Both the position numbers and the translations under genes were made by a program. From contig OX597823.1 of assembly GCA_951406725.2 (NCBI GenBank), positions 112,344,001 to 112,408,000 on the forward strand: 64,000 bases of DNA. Direction: 5' to 3'. A model generated the notes under the pieces. The model saw only the letters and a list, made by a program, of their open reading frames with translations, was not told the origin of the DNA and made no database searches. The DNA is from Octopus vulgaris. Lineage: Eukaryota. Each line of letters opens with the position of its first letter. The first letter of the stretch is position 1. Below, piece after piece: positions 1 to 13,089 of this stretch.

Positions 1-141
1 TTTACCTATATTGAAGATCACCTCAGGTGAGTAAGGGGGTGTAAACCAGATGATCTTCCTATTTCTATTTTACCTCTTCTTTACTGTTGGGCTAGTAACA
101 GGTGTATAATTTATTTTTTCACTAAAAAAATGTATATATAT

Positions 142-360
142 AGTTAATCCAAACATGAAAACACAAAGAGAAAACACAACAATGTGAGGACGTGGAACAA
201 GTATAGTGTTATTGGACGCTCAGGAAAGGAAAGAAAGAAGAAGGGTTTAACGTTTTGAGCGGAGCTCTTCGTCAGAAACATAGGAAAAAGAAAGATTCAA
301 GGAAGGGAAGACGGAGGGAAAAAAAATCACCAACGATACATACGCGGTCACATTTTGAAA
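142..360 (-). mobile_element. Solo PLE pseudo-LTR-like element, family A, in (TA)n
   Basis: Flanked by TA repeats. Near-identical copies at 36061-36245, 44136-44350 and 53753-53972. Shares the gctcaggaaa motif and hammerhead layout with the 3' end of the PLE at 20735-20960. Confidence 0.75.
245..279 (-). ncRNA. Minimal type I hammerhead motif (family A), G12A-mutated
   Basis: Minus strand reads GUUU-CUGACGA-A-GAGC-UCC-GCUC-AAA-ACGU-U-AAAC. The GAAA has become AAAA in this copy. Confidence 0.7.
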
Positions 361-1159
361 ATATATATATATATATATTCAAGGCATGGAAACATTACTG
401 AAATAGTAAGGGAATGATAGAACTTTATGTTATTCAGGAGAAAAAGTGTTGACAGGGACCCTAAAATGCGAGGGGGAAAAGGTATGAGAGTATGCCAGCA
501 GCCAGAGTGACACAAGTTGATGAAAGGCTGTAGAGAAGGAAACAGAGAATGTAGAGTGAGTTGGGACCCAAGTGGTCCGATCTAGTTTCCCAGTCCATAA
601 GCCTCAAGACGGGGATCAAGTGATGAGACAGGTGGCAGAGGTGCCCAGGAGTGACACAGAGGAGAGTTGCGGACAAGATCTGAATAGGTGCAGTAGCACC
701 TTAGTTACACAAGCATTAGTGTACAGCAGACGGAAGAGATCTTGTGCCACTGTCAGCCACTGCGGAAACTCAGCAATCGGAGCTGCGAAGAGAAAAGAGT
801 GATCGAGAGATCAGTAATAGGTATGGATGAAAGAATGCAATATAAAGCATACACAATATAAGCAATAAAGCATGTGTGCATGTGTGTGTATGTGTGTGTG
901 TGTATTCATGAGAATATATGTATATGTATTTATATATGTGTGTGTGTTTGTGTATGTATATGTACATACATATATAGAATAGTCTGTTTCTGGAGAAGCA
1001 AAAAAATCTTCACCAGTTACACCCACACACACATACACACATACACACAATCACAGGAGCACTCATCCCTTATCATGAAGACTTCTTCTCTACTCCTATC
1101 CCATAACACCACTACCTGATAATATTGGCCATAAATAACCCTCCCATTCACACACACCC

Positions 1160-1333
1160 TCCCTACCACCACCACTACTGTCACTGCCACCACCACCACC
1201 ACCACCACCGCCGCCGCTACCACCATCACCACCACCACCACCACCATCACCAGAATCACCACCAAAATGAAACTGGAGTATATGATAAATTATATGATTC
1301 ACATGGCTGAGGTGGGTGGATATAGAATGATAC

Positions 1334-1385
<52 letters not shown>

Positions 1386-1450
1386 GGAGAGAGAGAGAGA
1401 GAAAGAGGGAGAGAGAGAGAGAGAGAGAAAGAGGGAGAGAGAGAGAGAGA
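1160..1450. repeat. (ACC)n and (AG)n microsatellites
   Basis: Direct reading. Confidence 0.95.
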
Positions 1451-2186
1451 AATGATATGAAGGCTGCAAAATAAATAGTTTTGATTTATTTCTGTGCGAA
1501 TGTTTACTACTGGAGCAGAGTGGAACAGCAAGTTAGATCTGGGTGAGTGAATTCTGAAATATGGTTTCAATTCCAAGTTGAAGACAATTCATTTCATTTA
1601 CAAATTCACCTAATGAATTCATTTTACCTTATCTAATTCTTGCACTGCCAGGAATGATGAGATTCAGAACCCTGGGAGATGAGGCAACTACTATGTGGTC
1701 ACTTGAAATGCTAGAAATAACAGCCAATTAACTTCCCGTCACAACTGACTGTCTTAAAAACAAAATGAAGGACACGTTAGATACTGTCGTCATAAAAGTA
1801 TGTTAGGATGGTCATAGCTGGAATGTCATTTTTTGGATTACTAGGTCTGTTTGGTCAGAGCTGACCTGAGATGGGACAAAAGTGGTTCTTTGTAAATACT
1901 TTGGTCCATGCAGTGTACCAGACAAATGGGTGTCAGTAACTTTGTCACACTCTTTAGAATTTTCATCCGGTTACAATTTAATTATACCACACAACATGGA
2001 GCAGTACATATAAGTATGTGTGTGTACATATATACGCATAAGGGCATCCAGCCATAGAAACCATGCATAGGCTGCTCGTCAGCTGGCCAGCTCCTGTCAA
2101 ACCGTCCAGCCCATGCCAACATGGAAAATGGACGTTAAATGATGATGATGATAACAGTCTCAACCAAAACCCTAATTTAAATATAT

Positions 2187-2417
2187 TTCTTTACTACCCA
2201 CAAGGGGCTAAACACAGAGAGGACAAACAAGGACAGACAAACGGATGATTAAGTCGATTATATTGACCCCAGTGTGTAACTGGTACTTAATTTATCGACC
2301 CCGAAAGGATGAGAGGCAAAGTCGATCTCAGTGGAATTTGAACTCAGAATGTAACAGCAGACAAAATATGGCTACGCATTTCGCCCGGCGTGCTAACGTT
2401 TCTGCCAGCTCGCCGCT
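2187..2417 (-). mobile_element. tRNA-derived SINE family 2 (GCCTTTCATCCTTTCGGGGTCGAT core)
   Basis: Head ggcgagctggcagaaacgttagc with gagttcaaattc B-box. Further copies near 2505-2660, 6137-6370, 11950-12180, 19262-19490, 20363-20520, 28810-28970, 33380-33610, 52124-52335, 52440-52580, 61670-61870 and 62863-63070. Confidence 0.85.
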
Positions 2418-3202
2418 TTCATAATTTAAATTCAATTATTACCCTAATTTAAATATTAAGACTTCTCATCCTGTCACAACACTTAAGTTTTAATAATGAT
2501 AATAATCCTTTCTACTCTAGGCACAAGCCTGAAATTTCGGGGAGGGGATTAGTCGATTATGTCAACCCCAGTGCATAACTGGTACTTCATTTATTGACCC
2601 TAAAGGATGAATGGCAAAGTCAACCTCAGCAGAATTTGAACTCAGATTATAAAGACGGATGAAATGGACATTAAATGATGAAGATGATGAGGAGGATTTT
2701 CTTTCAAGTTGTACTTTTTCCTCTGCACCCGTAATTTTTCCCTCATCATACAACAAGGAGTGGTGCTACTGGTTATTGCAGTAAGGTAACAAAGAGTTGT
2801 GAAGAGGGGAGACTGGTATTCATGGGTGATTTCTGGTGGTTTCTGGGTGATTTCCACAAACAACCTTGCTCAGGCTTGTGTCCCAGAGGGAGACTTTCTG
2901 GGTGTGGTCCCATAGTTATTCATGATCGAAAGGGGTCTTTACCCTTCTACTCACAAAGAATATCAATTTCTGATGTTAGAGAGTCTGTAGATAATTCCTA
3001 AAACGTATTCTTTGAATATTCATAACCATTTAACAAAGAAAGTTGACTTTGGTAGAATTCGAACTCAGAACTTAAAAGTAGAGAACTAGATATATACTAT
3101 TTTGTTACCCCTAGTACATCGATACAAAATTTGGGGAAGGGTATATTCCGTTACAAAGACTGTACTAATTGATTGGTACTTGTTTTATTAGCATCCTGGA
3201 AG

Positions 3203-3630
3203 CAGTGCCGGATTAAGACCCGTAGAGGCCCTAAGCACTTAAAAGGTTTTGGTGCCCTCAAGTATATATAAATGGTTCAAAATGTAAGCAAAAATAATTT
3301 TAAATGTAAACAATAATAAACCATAAAATAAATTTTCAGTTTTCAAAATGAAACAAAATTAACAGAAAGATGGAAAACAATGTTTATTTTTTTGTGCTTC
3401 CACTTCATTTATATTTGGAAAGTTTCCTCCGTTTTGATCAGATCCTCAAAATTAATTTTACATAAAACTTCTACTTCTATACTTAATAGAGATAAGGGCA
3501 CCCCAAATATTATTTTAGCAAGTTTAAAGTGATGTCTTTCATGCCATAAACCATTTTCGTTTCAGTGGTGCCCGAGGCCTTTGATGCCCTAAGCACTTGC
3601 TGATTTTGCTTAATGGTTAATCCAGCACTG
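3203..3630. mobile_element. Non-autonomous hAT-type element (MITE / deletion derivative)
   Basis: TIRs CAGTGCCGGATTAA and TTAATCCAGCACTG. 8-bp TSD cctggaag / actggaag. Minus-strand remnant LSLLSIEVEVLCKINFEDLIK resembles a hAT transposase C-terminus. Confidence 0.85.
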
Positions 3631-4414
3631 ACTGGAAGGATGAAATTCAAAGCTAACCTTAGGATTATTTGAACTCAGAAACTAAATGAATCTGCATTTG
3701 GTCATATACAGACTCTGCCAGTTCAATAATCTGTTACTCAACAGTAATTTCCAATTTAGGTCCAAGGCTAGCAATTTTAAGGTAGTTGGTGCCATCCACC
3801 TTAATACTTGAGTGATGCTTTATTTTATCAACTCCCAAAAGATGAAAGACAAAGGTAAACTTGCTCAGATTTGAAACCTCAATGTAAAGAGCCAGAAGAA
3901 AGACCACAAGGCATTTTTTTTCTGACAATCAAACAATCTTGTCAGTTCACCAATAATGTTGACATTTTCTGACACGGCAATGCTATAAATTTTGAAAATG
4001 AAGGACATAATCCAATGAACAAATTCCTACTTCATATCCTCAAAGATTTAAGGCAGTATAGGATATATAATCTGCAGTGGGTGACTTGGCTTTCATACTA
4101 CAAGGACCAATAAAGTACTGATCGATTAAGTGAAGTATAAGGAGTTTGAGCCAGTCCTTTGTTCACATCTTCAAAGAGTCCACTGTCTTTGTACTTGTGT
4201 AAGAGATTACTAATGGTAGTAACAGTAATATAATGGGGTTACTGAAATGTAGGTCTCTCAGTTTCTTCCCTCGCCAGACATTCAGGTACTTTGTAGGATC
4301 TGAAACTGAATTTTATGTGGTAAGAGATTTGATCATCCTTTCCAAAATTGAAGAAGACATTTGCAAGTGAGTGGATTCAACAAACTTCGAACAAACTAAT
4401 TGTTTACAAAAGAT

Positions 4415-4464
<50 letters not shown>

Positions 4465-5429
4465 CTTTGCACTAACTTCTCAAAAGAATGAATGAATACA
4501 ATTTATATATGAATTATTAAATTTTCATCAAACTTCTCCAAATGTCAGAACTTCAGATGGAAATTTGACTGCAATTAAGTATGGTTTTCTGGTACCAAAT
4601 CTTGAGTTATTTACTACGTTTGTTAACAGAAACAAACTTGGCTTCCTCAATACATGTCCTTCCTATAAATGCTAACATGTCATAAAAGACAATAAAAGTT
4701 GAATAAAGAATCAGATTTATATCAAATCGCTTTTATTTCTTCATAACTTTGGAACTTCCATCAAAAATTATCTCTATTTCTTTTTCTTTATTTTCTGACT
4801 TTTCCTTTTATCTTTTTGTTCTTTTAATTTGTTGCTGCTGCTCTATCTGTTTTATATTTATATACTATATCTGAATGGTCAATCCAAAAATTTGGCCAAA
4901 AGAAGGTACGAGGCGATGAACATTGGCGGGAATGAGAGTGTGGTAGGGGCATAAAAGAGAGAGATGTGATGAGATAGATAATAAACATTCTTTTTAGCTA
5001 AAATCTTTCTTCTTAAATGTTCTAAATATAATATATGTACTGTTAGATTATGAAAACAAAAGATTAAATATGGCTGCGTATCAAAAATTTGGGCTGCCTC
5101 TGAAAATTTGAAGGAATGAAACACCAAAGGTTGTTTGAGAAAGAGATTGGCTGAATTAGGATTACGTATTTTTGGCAGTCAGCTATCTTAAACATCATGT
5201 TTTATAAGGACAAGATCACAACAAACAAACAGCAGAATTTCAGATGAACAAAACGATGGATCGATTGATGTGTGGGGGTTGGCTGGGTGTGACAAACTGC
5301 GATGCGTATATAGGGAGGTGTATCCATGTAACTGTGTAACTATGTGATGGTGTATATGTATATATATATGGATGCTTTGGTGTGTGTGTATGTGTATGCA
5401 CTCGCATGTTCTTGTGAATGTATTTGTGT

Positions 5430-5703
5430 AATTATATATATATATAATATATATATATATATATAAATATAAATATATATTATATATATATATATATATA
5501 AATATATATATGTATTATATATATATATATGTATTATATATATATGTATTATATATATGTATTATATATATATATCATATATATATTATATATATATATA
5601 TATGTAATATATATATACGTATTATATATATATATGTATTATATATATACGTATTATATATATATGTATTATATATATATATATGTATTATATACATATG
5701 TAT

Positions 5704-5737
<34 letters not shown>

Positions 5738-5870
5738 GCATACATACATATGTATATAAATATATATGTATGTATATAACTATCTATCTGTCTATGTATT
5801 TATCTATCTTTCTATCTATCTATGTGTATGCATGTATATATATACAGAGAGAGAGAGAGAGAGAGAGAGA
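5430..5870. repeat. (TA)n-derived low-complexity tract plus (AG)n
   Basis: Direct reading. Confidence 0.95.
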
Positions 5871-6988
5871 GGCAATAGATATTTGAAGGTTCATGGGCAT
5901 GTGTTTAGTGTGTTGCCCTCACAGTTGCATGATCATAGCTTCAATTCCCACATCAACAGGGATTGTGTTCTTGAGCAAAACACTTCATTTCACATTGCTC
6001 CAGTTCACTCACCTGAGATTGTATAACTCTGCACTGGACCAGCATTCAAAGGGAAGGTGGGCTTGCCTGCCAAGCCAGTGAAGTACAATTGCAACTTGTA
6101 ACCATCTTGTACCTCATGGCATAGTTAATAGGGAAAAGGTGGCGAGCTGGCAGAATCGTTAGCACGTCAGCTGGAATGCTTTGCAGTATTTCGGCTGCCG
6201 CTACATTCTGAGTTCAAATTCCACCAAGGTCGACTTTACCTTTTATCTTTTTGGGGCCGATTAAATAAGTACCAGTTACACACTGGGGTCAATAAAATTG
6301 ACTTAATCCATTAGTCTGTCCTTGTTTGTCCCCTCTGTGTTTAGCCCCTTGTGGGTAGTAAAAAAATAGGTATAATTAATAGGGTAGGTGGTGTCCCAGT
6401 ACAGCTGCAGTTTTATGACTGACGCCAGAGAAAGAAAAATAAGAGAATATGAGGCAGAGAATTGCCTGAGTCAGAAGAGCGTTGATTGTATAGATTGCTT
6501 CACATATTTTATTCCAGTTTTCTATGCTCTGGGTTCAAATCCCATGGAGGTGAACTTTGCTTTACATCCTATCATGCTCAATAAAATGCCTGTCCTTGAT
6601 TCTTCAGTGTTATTCTTTCTATTTTGGTCTTGCAGTCATTCTTCCTACTTTCATTTTTATCATTTACTTTTTTCTATCATTGAACTGTGGCCATTCTGGG
6701 GCACAGTCTTTGAGGGTTGAGTCGAGGAAATTGACCCCAATGCTTATTCCTTTTAAGTCTGATACCTTCTAATTTATGAGCAAATCGAGCCCAGGACTTA
6801 CTCTTTGTAAGCCTAGTACTAATTCTAGTTCTTATTCTATCAATCTCTCTTGACAAACCACTAAGTTATGAGGATGTAAACATACCAGCATCGGTTGTCA
6901 AGCGATGCTGGGGGTACAGACACAGACACACAAAAAAGAACGCACATACACACATATATATATATATTATGTATATATGCATATACAC

Positions 6989-7019
<31 letters not shown>

Positions 7020-8146
7020 CCATGGGCTTCTTTCAGTTTTTGTCTACCAAACCCACTCACAAGGCTTTGGTCAGCTTGAGGCTATAGTGGAAAACACTTG
7101 CCTAAGGTGCCACACAGTGGGACTGAACCCAGAACCATGTGGTTAGTAAGTAAGCTACTTACCACACAGCAACACCTAAACCAACATCAATTATTGAGTG
7201 GTGTAAAGGGATCAGTAACAAACTGGACAAAATACTTAGTGGCATTTCGTTCATCATTACGTTCTGAGTTCAAACTCTACTGATGTTAACATTGCCTTTT
7301 ATCCTTCCAGGGTCTTTAAAATGAGTACCCGTTAAATATTGGGGTTGATGTAATATGTATGTATGTGCTTTTACTATTTTACTTGTTTCAGTCATGTGCC
7401 TGTGGCCATGCTGGAGCACCTCATTTTAGTCGAGCAAATCGACCCCAGGATTTATTCTTTGTAAGCCTAGTACTTATTCTATCGTTTTTTTTTTGCCAAA
7501 CCACTAAGTTACGTGGACGTAAACACACCAGCATCCGTTGTCAAGTGATGTTGGGGGGGGGGGGGGACAAAAACAGACACACAAACATATACACACACAT
7601 ACATATACATATACATATATTGATAACGAATTATACATATATACGATGGGCTTCTTTCAGTTTCCATCTACCAAATCCACTCACATGTCGACCCAAAATT
7701 TTAGTCGACCCAAAATTTCTACTCTTGTTCTAAAATTTGAAATCAGATTTTGATCAAGGTACTGTAGTGTAGGACTGAGACTGAAAGAGCATGAATGCAG
7801 GAAGGGCTTCTTAACTACACAGCCATGCCTTCAGATCTAGAGAGAGAGATGGGTTCTGTCACATGTGTAAAATTCCCCAAAACCACATGCTATATCACTG
7901 TAGTGGCCCTTCAATATCATTAGGATATGAGGGCCCAAGGTAATAATGCACAGTGCATGAACATATGTATATATACGTTTATCTGATTGAATATATTAGT
8001 GTGTTTGTGTGTGTGTGTGTTTACAGCTGTTGGTACACATATACACATACACACACATAGAAACACACCTCATGACCACACACACACATATTTCATATGT
8101 ATGTGTCATAAGGATCTCTACATTGTATACATGATTTTTCCATGTT

Positions 8147-8177
<31 letters not shown>

Positions 8178-8192
8178 ATATATGTGTATAGG

Positions 8193-8590
8193 GGTAGGAG
8201 TGGCTGTGTGGTAAGTAGCTTGCTTACGAACCACATGGTGCTGGGTTCAGTCCCACTGCGTGGCACCTTGGGCAAGTGTCTTCTACTATAGCCTCGGGTT
8301 GACCAAAGCCTTGTGAGTGGATTTGGTAGACGGAAACTGAAAGAAGCCCGTCGTATATATGTATATATATATATGTATGTGTGTCTGTGTTTGTGTTTGT
8401 GACCCCCCACCAAGATCGCTTGATAACGAATGCCGGTGTGTTTATGTCCCTGTAACTTAGTGGTTTGGCAAAAGAAACTGATTGAATAAGTACTAGGCTT
8501 TCAAAGAATAAGTCTCGGGGTCGATTTGCTCAACTAAAAGGCGGTGCTCCTGCGTGGCCACAATCACAAGACTGAAACAAGTAAAAGAGT
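8193..8590 (+). mobile_element. tRNA-derived SINE family 1 (octopus-type, CORE-like CCTTGGGCAAGT motif, central TA/TG microsatellite)
   Basis: A-box TGGCTGTGTGG, B-box GGTTCAGTCC, tail gactgaaacaagtaaaagag. About 20 copies, e.g. 6780-7170, 7366-7685, 14918-15078, 18041-18440, 27455-27846, 30078-30491, 38720-39045, 42305-42570, 43075-43495, 44915-45235, 48495-48907, 50171-50557 and 50785-51196 (minus); 49643-49813, 58443-58848 and 61141-61590 (plus). Confidence 0.9.
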
Positions 8591-8605
8591 ATATATATAT
8601 ATATA

Positions 8606-8940
8606 AAAGACCCCCTTCGGTCAGGCACTGACCATGGGTTTGCACCTAGAGAGATACCCTCTGAGGCACAAGTCTGGGCAAGGTTGTTTTATGGAAGACC
8701 AGCAGTCGCCCATGCATACCGGCCTCCCCTCTCCACGTCACCGATGTTGTCCAAGGGAAAGGCAAGGGCCGATACAGCTTGGCACCTGTGACGTCGCAAC
8801 TCATTTCTACAGCTGAGTGAACTGGAGCAACGTGAAATAAAGTGCCTTGCTCAAGAACACAACACGCAGCCCCGTCCGGGAATCGAGCTCACAACCTCAC
8901 GATCGTAAGCTCGACGCTCTAACCACTGAGCCATGCGCCA
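8606..8940 (-). mobile_element. tRNA-derived SINE family 4
   Basis: Minus-strand head TGGCGCATGGCTCAGTGGTTAGAGCG...GAGCTCGATTCC, then ttgtgttcttgagcaaggcact. Older relatives near 5890-6030, 24040-24170 and 56480-57020. Confidence 0.8.
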
Positions 8941-9199
8941 TATATATATATATATATTTATATATACTATAAGTGTGTCTATGTATATATGCATGTATGT
9001 ATATGTGTTTATGCATATATTTGTATGTTCATTTGCATATGTATATATTTTATAAGTGTGTATATGTATATGTATATATATGCATACATATGCATATACA
9101 CACACAAATAGCATACAGCATGTATGTGTGTACACTTGTTAGTGTCTGTGTTCTTTGGGGAAGTATTTGAGCACCAAATTAAATGTTCAAATGGCAAGT

Positions 9200-9403
9200 A
9201 TTGTTTTATTGTTTTATTGTTTTATTGTTTTATTGTTTTATTGTTTTATTGTTTTATTGTTTTATTGTTTTATTGTTTTATTGTTTTATTGTTTTATTGT
9301 TTTATTGTTTTATTGTTTTATTGTTTTATTGTTTTATTGTTTTATTGTTTTATTGTTTTATTGTTTTATTGTTTTATTGTTTTATTGTTTTATTGTTTTA
9401 TTG
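9200..9403. repeat. Perfect (ATTGTTTT)n octamer array
   Basis: About 25 uninterrupted 8-bp units. Confidence 0.97.
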
Positions 9404-9519
9404 CGATGGTTTCTATTGTTTGTGTTGTTTTGTTAATATAGTGACTTATGATTTAGTATATTTGCATAGCAGCTGGGAGGGAGGTGTGTGGGTGGAGATA
9501 AGGGAGCTGGAGGAAACTA

Positions 9520-9572
9520 CCACAATAACAGCTATAACATCAACCACCACCACCACCACCACCACCAAGGCG

Positions 9573-9605
<33 letters not shown>

Positions 9606-9990
9606 TCTACTGCTACCACCACCGCCACCACCACCACCACCACCACCACCACCACTACTAGTACTACTACCACACCACCACCACCACTACTACTACTACT
9701 ACTACCAACAACAACAACAAGAACAACAAGAACATCACCACCACTACTACTACTACCACCACCACCAACAGCAAGAACACCACCACCACCATCACTACTA
9801 CTACAAACATCACCGCTGCCGCTACCACCACTGCTGACACCTATGCCACCTCCACCACCAACAACATTACCCTCTACTACTACTACTACTACCATTGCCA
9901 CCACCACTGCTGCTACTGCTGCTAAAAAGCAACAGCAAATGCTACAACAACTATGACAAAAACAACAGCAACAACAACAACAACCTGACT
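9520..9990. repeat. (ACC/ACT/AAC)n trinucleotide mosaic
   Basis: Direct reading. Confidence 0.9.
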
Positions 9991-10302
9991 AAATATTAAC
10001 AAAGCACCACAAATGTAACAGTAACTGCCAAAGTGAAACCAGAAGAACAGAATCAGCAACAAACATACATATACACACACATATATACATGTGTATATGT
10101 TAGTATGTATATATGTACGTATGTTCGCATGTATGTATGTGTGTATGTATATTTGTGTACATGTATGCATCAAACTGGAGTCTGGTGCAGCCTTCCAGCA
10201 TGCCAACCCAGTCAAACCGTCCAACCCATGCCAGCATGGATAACAGACACTAAATGATGGTGATGATGATGATATATAGATGTGTGTATGTATATGTATA
10301 AA

Positions 10303-10350
<48 letters not shown>

Positions 10351-10379
10351 TATACACACACATTTATATATATATATAT

Positions 10380-10429
<50 letters not shown>

Positions 10430-10447
10430 TTTCATATATATATATAT

Positions 10448-10478
<31 letters not shown>

Positions 10479-10506
10479 CACACACGCACACACACATATA
10501 TATATA

Positions 10507-10547
<41 letters not shown>

Positions 10548-11469
10548 ATATATAAATATATATTAGAGGGAGATGGAAAGAAAGGGGGAGAGAGCAAGAG
10601 GGAGAGATAGCTACATGCATACGGGAACTCGTATATAGATGTAAATATATACAAACACATGAACCAAAAAACAAACAACGCCTCCATTACTCTGATGTCA
10701 CCCTCCATCCTCTCTCTCTCTCTCTCTCTCTTTCTCTTTCTCTCTCTCTCTCCTTTTCGCTCTCTCTCTCTCTCTCTTTCCCTCTCGTCACAAAATCTCT
10801 CATTCTCATAAACATGCAGACAAATACATACATACATACATGCATGGATGTGCACATTCTCATATACACTTGCATACACAATTTATTCCCCACCCCCATC
10901 ACCAATCTCCATTCCTACCCAATCACCAAATATTATTGAAATATATCAGGTGAAAGGTCATCATAAAGATGTCTCACTTTTTTTATATACATTTTTTTTT
11001 TCTTTGTTTGATTGTATTCTGTTGTTATTTTTATATTTTGCTATTCTCAATCTGTGTAGAGATTGAAGGACCTGCAGAAAAAGCGATAAAACATAGTATA
11101 TGTATACATACACACGCACACACTCACATGTGTACATAAACACACACACATATACACATACTTACACACACATATCATCATCATGATCTTCTTCAACAAT
11201 AACAATATTTTTTGGTTGGCTGGAATTTTTGAGGCAGTGCTTTACAGTTGGATACCTCTCTTGGTACCAGTCCTTTTGTACCTATACATACACACAAACA
11301 CACACACACATTACTTTCGCACCCCTTTGTACCACTGGTCACCACTATCCTTCTCTTCTTCTTATCTATCATGCAGGCTCCCCACCTCACATGCTATAAC
11401 TTTAAACCACCTTTATCAGTTCTTTGGATACCTCACCAACCACTCCACCTACCTATATACTACTTGGGG

Positions 11470-12645
11470 TAGTTCTGATGTCATTCCCCAGCGATCGTTG
11501 CCAAGTCGATGTTCAGATGACATATCTTCACCTTGGTTTCTTCTGACTTGTGGCATCTGAATGTGTCCATGTGTCCAGGAGATTCCTTCTCTGATGCAGT
11601 CCACTGATATGCTTCCCCTACACAACCTGAAGTCAGGCCTCGATGAGTGCCTGTTCCATCCCACCTTTTGCTTGACCTTGAAAGATGACCCCTTCCAGAA
11701 ACTTGATGTCTTTAGGTAGTGTCTTCCTCTTGAAGACGACATACGGTAGCATCTTTCTTCCATCAGCCATGTAACCTAGCATCACTGTAAACCAGTCCTT
11801 CTCATGACCCATCGTGATGATTTCCCCTGTCTTCTCCCCATTCTCAGCAACACTTCTCACGATCGGAAGATTGAACATGAGGGGAATATGGACTGTGTTA
11901 CCAATGTGGATCAAAGTGCATTAAGGCCATTTACACAGGTTGATGATAAGGCAGAGAGCTGGCAGAAACGTTAGCATGTCGGGCAAAATGCTTAGCGGTA
12001 TTTCGTCTGCCGTTACGTTGTGAGTTCAAATTCCGCCAAGGTCGACTTTACCTTTCATCCTTTCGGGGTCGAAAAATTAAGTACCAGTTACGCACTGGGG
12101 TCGATGTAATCGACTTAATACCTATGTCTGTCCTTGTTTGTCCCCTCTGTGTTTAGCCCCTTGTGGGTAATAAAGAAATAGGTTGATGATAAACTGCTGG
12201 AACTTCTCAGTCTTTTTGTCAAGATCTGGCAGCTGCTGTGCAATGTGGGTGCCACGCCTGATAGACAGATCATGCCTGCACATAAACCAGAAAGCCCATG
12301 ATGTGCTGGAACAGAAGTCTCTGATGCCGATGTCTTTGGTGCTCTTATTAGCCTCGATTTGAAGGGTGAGTGTCAACACCTTTTGTCCCACCATCCTCTT
12401 CTCCTTCACCCATCTGAGAAGCCTCTCCCCCAATTCCAGCCACTGCGCTGTCTTGCCCTTAATCACCTTCTTCTTCTTGGGCATCAGCTTGATTGTGGCC
12501 TTATTGGAGCACCATCATTGGACAACAGATTCATCAAACCCAAAGTGATGGCTCACTGCATGGTTTCCAAACTCCTCAGCAAACCTGGAAACTGAGAGCT
12601 TGAAGGTGGCTGTGATTGCTCATCTCAGCATGATGACTTGGCCAT
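11470..12645 (-). pseudogene. Decayed pogo/Tigger-family (POGK-like) transposase
   Basis: Brinker-like N-terminus (ATFKLSVSRFAEEFGNHAVSHHFG), CENP-B-type HTH (WLELGERLLRWVKEKR...WAFWFMCRHDLSIRRGTHIAQQLP) and DDE_1 region (GHEKDWFTVMLGYMADGRKMLPYVVFKRKTLPK). It has stops and frameshifts, and is split by a SINE at 11950-12180 with 13-bp TSD AGGTTGATGATAA. Confidence 0.9.
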
Positions 12646-12769
12646 CTTTGAACCTGAAGAGCAAAGTAGATGAGTCAGTAAATCTAATTACAGGCCAAAC
12701 AATAGGATGTAGATTGAAAGATTCCTTTGATCATTACCATTTTCTTTATGTGTTTACGTAGATATATCT

Positions 12770-13089
12770 CTGTGCCGGTGGCACATAAAAAGCACCATTT
12801 GAATGTGGTCAATGCCAGCGCCGCCTTGACTGGCTTCCGTGCCAGTGGCATGTAAAAAGCACCAACCGATCGTGGCTGTGGCCAGCCTCGCCTGACACCT
12901 GTACCGGTGGCACATAAAAAGCACCCACTACACTCACGGAGGGGTTGGCATTAGGAAGGGCATCCAGCTGTAGAAACACTGCCAGATCAGACTGGAGTCT
13001 GGTGCAGCCTCCTGGCTTCCCAGACACCGGTTGAACCATCCAACCCATGCTAGCATGGAAAACAGACGTTAAACGATGATGATGATGAT
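12770..13089 (+). mobile_element. Retroposon family 5 (RTE-type tail ending in (GAT)n, with internal tandem gtgccggtggcac units)
   Basis: ttaggaagggcatccagctgtagaaac...catggaaaacagacgttaaacgatgatgat. Copies at 2041-2152, 10175-10272 and 13290-13788 (plus); 14103-14540, 17508-17720 and 25531-25650 (minus, the last with 16-bp TSD TTTTCTTGTAATAGAT). Confidence 0.85.

Noticed and set aside
4900-4960. Promoter-like cluster (ATTGG, TTGGCGGGAA E2F-like site, CATAAAAG)
   Set aside because: Short motifs like these are expected by chance, and there is no associated gene evidence.
8865-8940. tRNA genes at SINE heads (also 34631-34705)
   Set aside because: A and B boxes are present, but I could not fold a full cloverleaf, and the heads continue into repeated SINE bodies.
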